Shown in pieces: positions 29,001-39,154 of a DNA stretch of 64,000 nt. Each line of letters begins with the position of its first letter. Position 1 is the stretch's first letter. This stretch comes from Azolla caroliniana (lineage: Eukaryota; Plantae; Polypodiophyta). Below the pieces are notes generated by a model. That model did not search any database. It worked only from the letters and a program-made list of their open reading frames with translations, and was not told the DNA's origin. The position numbers and the translations under genes are program-made. The stretch covers positions 6,262,001 through 6,326,000 of the forward strand of contig JBHGNT010000017.1 of assembly GCA_043228905.1 (NCBI GenBank). Direction: 5' to 3'.

Positions 29001-31770
29001 GTACACGGGAGAGACAAAGACAGAGAATACATAGAAACTCAATTCAAATAATACTCAATTTGTACATACACCGTGCTCAATGAGCACCTTTTATACAAGC
29101 CTGACAATAGGGCTGACACAAGTACTAACAGTACTTGACCGCTCATAAATGAGCCTACTACACTAACTCCCAAAATTATTCCTTACGAGGAATATCTTCC
29201 CAACGGCCTCGTGGTTTTCACATCGATACGGCCATGTTATGCATACTGATTTACGCACCCAGTCTACGCACTCGGTTACGCATCGTATTACGCACGAATG
29301 TTGAGCTTGTCTCTCAACAGTATCCAGGAGGTCGTCATCCAGCTGTCCCACCAACCGGCCCACCGCCACCAGTTGTTTTCCGGCCAAGGACAGGAAGTCA
29401 TTTGATAACTCCTCCCTTATGGTCACAACACTTTCCGCGTCCAGTTTGTAGAAGTTATCGCTGTCCTTCTGCTGGTTCTCTACATCCGCTCGTAGGACCT
29501 GCAACTCGTTTGCCTGCTTTGGCCATTTGGACCACCATTGTACTGAACTTTCTTCAACTAACCTCTTCGTCTGGTCCTTCCATGTTAGTACAATCCTCCG
29601 CGGCCTGCTTGTCATCCTTTAATTGCTTTAGGAGGCTCGCGGTTGCCTCAACTTGTCCCTGATATTGTATCAGTTGCGTCTGAACTTTGTTCAACGCCAT
29701 CTTTGCTTGTTCCATCTCCTCATGATGCTACCGGGTAAGCTCCATTCTGTCCTTCGCCGCTTCTGCCAGCATCTTTGCTGCTTCAACTTCCTTGGTACTT
29801 TCTTCCACGACTACTGTTGCCATCCTGTTGATTTCATCCCGGAGTTCCCGCATCTTCTCTTGTTGCCGGTCACCTTCTGCCATCAATTTCTTGTGTTCTA
29901 CCTCTAGGTGCTTATGATCCCGGTGCAACCTGTCAAAATCCTCTATTTTTTGTTTTAGCTTCTGATTGACTTGGCGTTGGGCCTGATCCTCCCGGTCCTT
30001 ATGTTGTCGGAGTTCTTCTTGCAGCCGCTCGATCTCGACCTCCACCGATCGTCGGAGTTTGTCATTTTCTTGCTTCAATTGGTCATATGCTTGATGACCC
30101 TTCCATAGATTGTCCTCAGCTTTTCGGAGGTTCTCTGCCATTTTCCGTTGTTCCTCCTCCGCTGCCTTATTCAGGTTTCGTTCTCTACTCCTTAAGGCCT
30201 CTTGGGCTGCTAATTCCTCTCTAAGAGTGGTGAGTTCTTGTTCTTGTGCCTTATTTGTATCCAGTGCTATTTCAGTTATCAGCGTCTTATTGGTTTGTAC
30301 ATTCACCAGAGCCACCGGTTCTGGTAGTATTGGTCCTTCTATGACCTGCTTAGCCGCCTCTGCTTTGGCCTTCACAATTTCTTCTTCCATGCTCTGGATC
30401 CCCAACTAGGCCTTCTCAAGTTCTTCGGTTGTGGCGAACAACCGGTCCACCTGTGCTCTCTTCTCCATTTCTATTTGGCACACGACCTCGGCCACCGGCT
30501 CGCCGATTCGCCGTAGTCATTGACTGTCGGTGCCTTGTTGTCATGCCAATTCGGGTTGTTGCGTGGCCTCTATTCTTGCCAGATTGTTTCGTGTAGCGAC
30601 AACTCCTGCTCTTGATGTGCCTGCTGCCCCGGTGAGGTAGGCAATTCAATTACTGGTTCTTGGACGACCGACATTGGTTGAATCGGTTCCGCCTCCTTCC
30701 TTGGCTTCGATCCCTCGGAACGGGGTGTCGGTGCGTTGTCCTTCACCGGACCCGATTCGTCCCCCTTTTTCTCCACGTTGCTACTCTTCTGGCGACGTTG
30801 GAGGTTATTGGCGGGGTCTTCCTCCGCCTCCTCCTATTGGGTCCTGATATTGATCTTCATTGCCAAGGGGTCCGGCTCTTGTTCCTGTCGGCTCAACTTG
30901 ATTTTAAGAGACCTTACTGGTGGCTCCACCGGTGTCTGTCTCTGCTTGCCTCTTTCGGCTAGGATGTTCCTTCCCTTTTTGCGAGGTACTTCCCTCTTTC
31001 CATCCGGGTGTGTACTTGGCTAGGAGTTGCTGCTGTTTTGAAGGTTTGTTGGGCGTGGTCTCTGTTACTCGAACCCGCTTCTTAGTCTTTACCGGCTCCA
31101 CCAGGGGTGCCAAGAGAGTCAGACATTGAGCCACGATTGTTCATACTCTCTTGCCATTTTGCACTGATTCTATCGCCATCCGCAAGCAATTGGCGATGAT
31201 TACCGGTCAATCCACTTGCACCCCTGTGTATGTAGCAATGATGAACCCGGCTTTGTTCTTTGGCATTGTCGGGGGTCGGTGGTACACGAACCCATACTCG
31301 TGGAGGACACAAGCCACTTCTCTGAACAGGGGGTCCTCGCTGCCCTGTGACCGGTGAGCCTTGCTGGTGATGGAAAACTAGCCAAAAAACTTGGTTAGCA
31401 TTTCAAGAGAAGGATTCTCGATGGAGTAGATGCCCCCTTATGGCAATCCGATTAGAGCGCGGATGGCTTCCTCCGTTATGACTTCCGTGTCGATTTTATG
31501 CATGACTTCTTCTGCGTCGTCATGCGGCGGTGCCTCTGCTATCCTCAAGAAACCTCCTAACCCATGTTGGTTGAACCACATTTTGGTTGTTTCGGAAAGT
31601 GCCATAAGTTCCATCTCGTCGTTTGGTTCTGTGGGGTAGGTAGGGCCGATGTGCTTGTATGTGCTTCTTGTGTCTGTCTGCTCACTTGTATTGTCCTTTG
31701 TGCGCTCAATGCTCTGTGTTCGCGAAATAAGAGAGACTCTGTGAGGCGAAGGTTTCGTGTTCCCATGCTT
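26050..31770 (-). pseudogene. Element N extra ORF: N-terminal plant-transposon-protein-like domain, disordered linker, long coiled coil, low-complexity tail (split by copia D)
   Basis: ITEEAIRALIGLP*GG...GVQVD*PVIIANCLR (~31480-31180); heptad E/K/Q/L-rich ORFs 29728..30405 and 29163..29615; continues at 26414 downward. Confidence 0.7.
26415..29319 (-). mobile_element. Ty1/copia element D, internally deleted (RT/RH lost)
   Basis: 5' LTR 28921-29319, PBS TGGTATCAAAGC, gag ORF 28154..28831, protease WYVDSDASNHMT, integrase to KCYNPRT, then joined directly to partial 3' LTR 26415-26640; flanks share GTAT. Confidence 0.92.
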
Positions 31771-32673
31771 GGCGCCTTTTCTCGATTCCTACACATGCAC
31801 GTCGTGTACTATAATAGCAATAGTGTGACATATGGTGCTCTTTAACTAGGCTTTAAATAGCCAACTGCACGCCTTTTCGAGGTGTCCGTTTGCTCCTCGC
31901 CTCTGCATGATGATCTTTTTTTCTTTTCTTTATTTTTTTTAATTTTTTAATTTTTTAATTTTTAGAGAGAGAGAAAATATCATTGTCTTTATTCATTCCG
32001 CATAAGGGGTTAAATAGGTACAAAAGGGTAGATACACAAGGGTGCAAGCCCCTTGGGCATTCACACCTAGTCACTCACTCACACCTTTTTGTATCCACCA
32101 CACTCACACTTACATTCACACTCATAATCGTATAACATTACACATACATATCAACACATTACATCTTTCACCCTCACTTATCACACTTATCAATCACCCG
32201 TAAATCTCATACGGTAACCCAATATGGCACGCCCGTGGGAGAGTGCCTTGCACGTCGATCCCACAAGCCTTGATCATAATCTTTCTTCGACCGGAACTTC
32301 CATAGGTCCTCTCAACGATCGATTTCCTCGATCGGAGCACTTGACTCGAACATCTTCGTCGGTTAGCGAATCTTCATCGACACGAACATTCCCGTTCTGT
32401 CGGTTCATGAACATCATCATGGGTCCAAAAGCTTGTTGTGTGTATGTGTGTTCTTCCTTTAATTTTGTGTGATTTGTCATGGTCGATCATGTTCATTTCT
32501 TTAGGTGGATGAGTTTTTAAATAAATTTAGGTATTGTAGCCTCAAATTTTCTAAACTAATGACAATGCCCTTAGGTTTTTGAATTTTCTATATAGCCTCA
32601 TATTTGCAAAATTTCCTTTAATGCCCTTCTATTTTTCCTTTCTCTTATTTCTCCCTCTCCTTTTTTTATTTGC

Positions 32674-32709
<36 letters not shown>

Positions 32710-34698
32710 CGTTGTTTGTTTCTTCTTCTTCGTCTTCTCTCTTGTTTTCTTCCTCTGTTTCTACATCTTCTTTCTTAGACTTCATCCTCTTCTTCTTCTT
32801 TTCCCTGTCAGTGTGGCTGATAGTTTGTTGTCGTCTCTATCTTCGGCTCTATTCGGCCCTTATGGCCGTGTCTTTTCAGTCGCCTCTGCAACCATTCGAT
32901 GGTTGTTATTCCGGCCATCGTCCGTTGCCTTGTCCGGTGTGTCCGTCTATTCCGGTCATCTTCCCGCCGTCTATTCGGTCGTCGGTTATCCGGGGCTTGT
33001 CCATCCCGTCCACTCGTCTGTCTGGTTCATCCAGCCAGTTCTGCCATTGTCTGGCATCGTGGTTCATCTGACCGCTTCTACTCGGCCGTCTGTTGTCCGC
33101 CTCTGTGTTCGGCCATCTTCGTCACCGCCGCTGATTATTTGCCGCCACTCCGGTCGTTGTTCAACTACTTTCCCAGCCATTTGTCCATTTTCTTCCGGTC
33201 GTGCGTCCGGTCCGTCGTCCCGGCCATCTTCGTTGCTAATTTTTCGTCGCCACTGCTGATTATTTGTCGCCACTCCGCTCGTTGTTCCACTACTTTCCCA
33301 GCCATTTGTCCGTTGTCTTCCGGTCGTGCGTTCGAGCCGCCTGCTTCTCATGCACAATCGATCAGCCATTTCCTGCTTCTCATGCACATCATCGTTGCCC
33401 TTTGTTGCACATCGTTATCAATTTCATTTCTCGTAGATCATCACCATGTATCATTCTTCATCTTCCTTGTGCACAACATCACTGTGTTGCATTCCTCGAC
33501 GACTTTCAATCACCATCACTATTTCTCGCACATCATCGATTTGTTTTCTTGCACATTTCGTTGTTGCCATGGCTTTGCCGCGTATTAGTCTTCAATTTTA
33601 TCTTCAAAGGGGGGTCACCTTAGTGGTCACCAAAATCTGTGTTATCCTTTAGGTAGGACAAGCCCTAACATAGGGTGTCCCTATGGAACAATTCACCAAA
33701 GGGTGGTACGGTAAGATATGGATAGACCGTGGTCTCGAATGGGTCTTAACCGGTTACTAACCGGCACAGTTAATGATCGTAACACACGCGTAAGATTAAT
33801 TATATTAAGCACAGAACAGTAACCAAATAGACACTAAAGAATACGTAAAACAACAATGCTTCTATTAATTATCTGTCATTGATTACATTCTTTCCGGGTT
33901 CTTTTATACGTCTCCGGTTGAGTTACAAACCGGTGCCAACCGACAACCGGCAACGATCCGAATCGGCATACCGATTCTGGGTCCGTCCGCCCGCTTCTCA
34001 AAATAACATAATACTTATTAATTATATCTCCCTATCCCTAATTAAATATCCCTTTCACATTCTGGACTCTAACCGGCCCTTTGGCCTTGCCGGCCAACAT
34101 GTCAGATGAAGTATATAATTAAATATAGGGGTTAGTGATTTTGTACATTATTTTGTAAAATTGGCATTGCCTACATTCTACCATTATTGTAAAGACCTAA
34201 AATTTTGTTCATGGTAAAAAATCAATATATTTTGTGTCTTTCTTGAAAAACATTTAGGCATGCTAATGAATGTGACATATTACCTGTTTTAAATGACCCG
34301 GTGTTTAGAGCTTAAAATGGATTGTTTTTATACCTCTTGCCTTGTATTGGATGTGCTAATGATGTGTTAAAGAGAGGATTTGAAACCCTGAGCTTCGATT
34401 CATGGCCTTATGGCTTGACTTTTGTTGGATGTAGTAAAGATGTGGTAAATGGAGGGTATGAAAACCCATGCCATTAGTGTATGAAAGCGAGGATTTCAAC
34501 ACTTGTCCATCTCTTGATAGTCTAATAGCTTAGAGCGGGGAAATAAAATTCAAATTCTACCCTTAGAGTAATTTTAATAAACACTACATAGATTAGGAGT
34601 TTGAATCATAACTCTAGTACATCAAACTTGAATATCATATGGTTTCTATTGTTTCGTTTCGAACTTAAGCTCTCCATGTTTTAAGTCCCGGACAAGGG

Positions 34699-35550
34699 TT
34701 AGGAGATCAGTAATGGAGATTCCATTTGGGGGAGACGTGGAGCCAATGCCTCAATCCTGTTGTTGTCCCCATTGTAAGTATAGTTGCTTGTCATGAAGGT
34801 GTAGAGTTGTAGGCATGTGCATTCTCGCAATGTGACTATGGCCGGCTTCTCGTGATCATTTAGGGTATGGAGCAGAATCCTCTCTACATCCTCACAATGC
34901 TTGAATAGCGAGGTGAAGTAAGGGAACAAGGGAGTTCAAAAGTCTTGCAGAGGATCGACAACATGAAGGGGAGAGATTCCTGGAATGAAATCCACAATCT
35001 CCTGTAGATACTCATGGTTGTAGGATGACGATGGCTCAGTGGGGCCGAAGACAAAGCCATTTCCATACCCACGTTGGAGGAGTGTAGGGATTTGGTAGCC
35101 TATGGAGAAGACTATAGGTGAGATCCATACTTTTATTCTATGGAGCTTGAATTGGACAACAACATCATGTGACCATGGCATGAAGCTGTCTGCAATGAGG
35201 CAACAAGGCAGTAGTGGTGGCCGAGAAATGTTGTTCTACGGATCCACCGCCATGAGGCAGTGGAGGAGTGATTCCAGGCCTTCTTGCATCAAAGACATGG
35301 ATGCCACCAGATGGTCAGATAAGACCCTCTACTTGAGATTTGCAAGCATTGCATCAAGTACCACCTCAATGCGGATGCCACCTCCATTCTTGTCATCACT
35401 ATGGGCGGTAGAAGGAGGATGAAGATGATTTAGGTTTTGTAGGTTTGGGGAGGACGGGCATGGTTGCGCCATGTGTGGACGAAGGTGACCATGATGCCAT
35501 GGGTTGCTAAGAACTCAGTGATCGCCATGAAGGGATTTGTGCTGAATGGG
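34699..35550 (-). pseudogene. UDP-glycosyltransferase (GT1/UGT) N-terminal half, pseudogene
   Basis: NPFMAITEFLATHGIMVTFVHT, GIRIEVVLD, CCLIADSFMPWSHDV, FIPGISPL, ILLHTLNDHE; stops and a frameshift; no start and no PSPG box found. Confidence 0.85.
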
Positions 35551-35813
35551 GCTCGGCCACAACCGAGTCTTAAACACTCAATGGAAGAAAGCACGAAATG
35601 AAAATAAGAATAATGCACTTACACAGAGTGAGACGACACCAGATGTTAATGTGGAAAAACCACCCTAATAGGGAAAAAACCACGGAAGCCTACAGACTTC
35701 AACTATCACTATAAGGAGAGAATACAATCCGAGACTAAGAGACAACGACCTTGAGCCCTATATCTTCGCAAACCGGAGGTTGCAACATAAAAGCTTTTTG
35801 TATCTCACTCTTT

Positions 35814-35860
<47 letters not shown>

Positions 35861-35864
<4 letters not shown>

Positions 35865-36645
35865 AGATGGGATCGCTTCCCATTGAGATCATGGCCATGG
35901 AAAGGGTTGTTGAATACATGCTTAAGGTTCAAAAAATCCCCTCACATTGACTTCCTAGAATTGCATGGGAAGCAAGCAAAAAGATCCAAAAGACGCATAA
36001 AAGCAAAGTTTTGTGTTCCGGTTTGATGCAAGATTTAGAAAAATGGTTTGGTAGATGGGATGCAAGACACTTGCTTCACGACGCGTCACTAGATTCCTCT
36101 GTAAATGAGGCCTTTTTGCAACGCCAATGTATCATCACATGGGACAAATGTGGTGGCTCATGCTTCACACATTATACTACAAATGTTGCACCTAACTACA
36201 AAACCATATTCTTTGCGGAACAGGGAAGCCATACACATCGATACATGTTAGAGCCCATCCCGATATCTGCCATTCGAACCATTGCTTCCATGCGACTTAG
36301 CTCACGCATTGAGATGTGAGACGGGGCATTGGGGCACAAGTGATGAGAGTGGCCGACTATGCACACTTTGCCATAAACAAGTTCGAGAGTTTGAGTATCA
36401 CACTTTGATACAATGCTCTGCCTTTGATCATATTCGACCATGCTTTCCACATCTCTTCGATCGAGCCCAATCCTTGCACGAATTTCTCTCACAACCACGA
36501 TGTGCACTCTCGATTGCAACATTCATTGGTAAAGTTCTTGAACATCGAGAGTCGCTACTCACCTTCAAACGTATCACGTGAAATGTAATATTTTTGGTCT
36601 CATAGGTCATATTTGACCTCCGAAGACGATAATATAATCTATCTA
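35861..36645 (+). mobile_element. RTE-X/CR1-L2-like LINE 3' fragment inserted at the (CT)n tract of LTR E
   Basis: MRLSSHALRCETGHWG...RLCTLCHKQVREFEYHTLIQCSAFDHIR; (TCTA)n tail; begins directly after (CT)n at 35815-35860. Confidence 0.8.
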
Positions 36646-37559
36646 TCTCTAGCTCACTAAGTCTATACAACAATTCTAATGACAACCAACCACACCCAAG
36701 TGGTTGCCCTAAGTCATATTTATACTTATATGACGTGAGGAGTATTTACAAATATGGCCATGACAGGCCCTCTAGAAACATATCTACATATATGTCCCTG
36801 GATCCGGTTCACACCGGATTCATCCGAATATCTTCTGGATATATCCGATCCGGCTCCTCTGGTTCTCATCCGGATCGCATCTAGAGGGACCGAATTCCCA
36901 ACAAGCTCCCCCTTCACTCCGGCATGGGATATCTTGCCAATCTAATCCATCTCCTGCACACGTCCAGTTGGTCGAGTAACAGCACCCTGGTCAACATGTC
37001 CGACCCGTTCTCCTCCATGTGGATCTTCAACAGCACGAAGTCTTAATATTCTATTCTCTCCTGAAGCCAGTGCTATATACGCTGGATGTGCTTCATCCTG
37101 GAGTGGTACGCCGCGTTCTTCGCGAGGTGGATGACACTTAGATTGTAGCAATGGACCTGGAATTCCTCCTGTTGGATCCTAGCTCTTTGATGGAGTTCTT
37201 CATCCAGATTACCTCTTTACCTGCTTCCGTTGCCATGTACTTCGCTTCCGTTGTTGACAATGCAATGGACTTTTGCAACCTTGACTACCACGATACGACT
37301 CCCCCTACATATGTCATGACATATCTGGATGTAGATCGCTTAGTATCTGCATCAGCCGACATATCCAAATTCGTAAAGCCTTCCAGTAAGGGTTTACCGG
37401 AGCCGAATCGGAGGCACATGCTTGAGGTGCCTTTCAAGTGCCGGATTATCCGCTTGACCGCAGTCTAATGTTCTCTTCCTGGATTGCTCATAAACCGGAT
37501 TATCCACTTGACCACTCCCATTGCATATCTGATATCCGGCCGGGTAGACACCATTGCGT

Positions 37560-38297
37560 TGTGGTGAAGACTTTCGGCAATAGTGTGAAAATTGTGTGCA
37601 ACAAACGACATCGCGAAGGTGCAATGTGCATGTGTGAAAGGGGTGAAGGCCACACACATATGCTAGTATGTTGTAGATAGGACTGAAATGAGAATCCTAA
37701 AAGAAAAGCTAGATGTAAAGTTAAAACATGTGCACGTGTGATGTGCGCTCAATTGTAAATATAAAAATAAGACTAAAGCCTAGTAACATTTAAGTGCATA
37801 CATAGGGGTGTAAGCAAGGCTTGAACCTTGCACCTTCAAGATAGGACACAAATTAACTTACCACTAAAGACACTACTGAGTGCTTTAGAATTTGTATATT
37901 TTCTTTTCATATTCAATATTTTGTAGGAAGCAAACATATAGAAACCATGGGCACAAAACCATGGTTTCAGCCCATGGTTTTAGCCCGTGGGTTTAGCCCA
38001 TGGTTTTTGCATGGAGAGACCTATAAAAGCCTATAGTGGGGCTTGTGTAGGGAGGCAAGTGATGTAAGTAAAAAAGAAACTTTTAATCAAAGATTTGAGT
38101 TATCTTAATGGTGATGTATCTTGTCTCGTAAACCTAAAGTTAAGGGTTCAATCTCTATCTCAATCTCTCTCTCTCTTCATCCATCTATCTATCTTCAATA
38201 CTTTCTCGCTTACGCTGCTAAAAAACATCGAATTCTTCCGGTCCAGGACCCCATTGGTCCCGCTTCATTTCGCGAACACGCGAGGATTTCCTCGACA
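37560..38297 (+). mobile_element. Solo LTR, tRNA-Trp Ty3/gypsy lineage
   Basis: TGTGGTGAAG...CTCGACA; conserved U5 motif; TSD GCGT/ACGT; removal restores CCATTGCGTACATCAAGC as seen in the paralog at ~42796. Confidence 0.92.
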
Positions 38298-38534
38298 ACG
38301 TACATCAAGCTTCTAACGGTAGAGGCGTATGGTATCTTCATCATTTCTGACTTCGTCCTCAGACTTTGCTTTCCGGACAGCTTGCAATTTGTCGGAAGTA
38401 TTGATCCAACCGGCTTCGCATTTGTCATGTTAAATTGTTTGAGCACCTTCCCCACGTACTTCTCCTGTGACAACCACAACAACTTCTTCGTCTAGTCCCG
38501 GACTACGTGCATCTCGGACTATGTGCTTCTACGT

Positions 38535-39154
38535 TGTCGTGAAGAAAACCGGCCCTATGAGGAATCAAGGAATTAAAGGCGTGAACCCGCCCTTTCACGA
38601 GTGTGTGTGAATTGATTCATTGTATATAACTAGGAATAGGACGGCTAATGTAAAGATACTAGGTAGGAGACATTTATTAATTAGGAAATCGATGCGTATC
38701 TCTATCCGAAAGGACAGAGAATTAAGTTGATGTGTTTTGATGTAACGGCCTCCTCGGCGACTTATAAAAGAGAGGAGAGAAGAAGAAGAAAATATTAGGT
38801 TTTGGGGAGAGAAGAAGGAGGTGCTGTCGGACTGGGAACCGAGCTCTCTTTCCCTCTAACATTCTCTACAGGGTTGCAACCGTTGTAATTTGCCACTATT
38901 ATTGTAATAGAATCTCTTGTTTCTACCTATCTGGGTTATCTGCGTTATCCGCGTTCGTAAAGTCTCTTCTTTCATCTCTCTCGAGCGTGATCCTTGATTG
39001 AGTCGGTATATGCAGGCAAGCATCGCAGGTTGCCGATAGGTCTGGCAAGCCTTGCACTATCGCGCTCCGCACTTCCTCTCGTCTCTCTTGCTCCTCGGTT
39101 CAGGGCCCCCGTGGTCCAGCCTTATTCCACACGTGCACGTGTAATTATGCGACA
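38535..39154 (+). mobile_element. Solo LTR, tRNA-Trp Ty3/gypsy lineage
   Basis: TGTCGTGAAG...GCGACA; TATAAAAG at ~38763; perfect 4-bp TSD ACGT. Confidence 0.93.

Larger units (their letters stand above)
25525..34099 (-). mobile_element. Pol-less Athila/Tat-like LTR element N with an extra coiled-coil ORF; interrupted by copia D
   Basis: LTRs 25525-25979 (outer end deleted) and ~33638-34099; TATAAAAG on the minus strand; PBS-like TGGTGACCACTAAGG after a GATTT spacer; no RT, RH or INT motifs. Orientation is inferred from coding strand and TATA. Confidence 0.8.
12101..34305. mobile_element. DNA transposon with 37-bp TIRs and 4-bp TSD (Sola-like candidate), hosting ~21 kb of nested LTR elements
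   Basis: 12101-12137 AACACCGGGACAATTGAAACAGGTAATATGTCACATT versus reverse complement of 34269-34305: 34/37 identical; TAGA on both flanks. Superfamily is inferred from TSD length only. Confidence 0.75.

Noticed and set aside
26411-29323. Copia D as another true 4-bp-TSD family
   Set aside because: GTAT/GTAT is equally explained by a 5-bp GTATC TSD with a 1-bp loss; the other copia elements here show 5 bp.
32579-33588. Long hydrophobic plus-strand ORFs (226 and 229 aa) as membrane or Env proteins
   Set aside because: Products of CT/CTT low-complexity sequence and antisense repeats.
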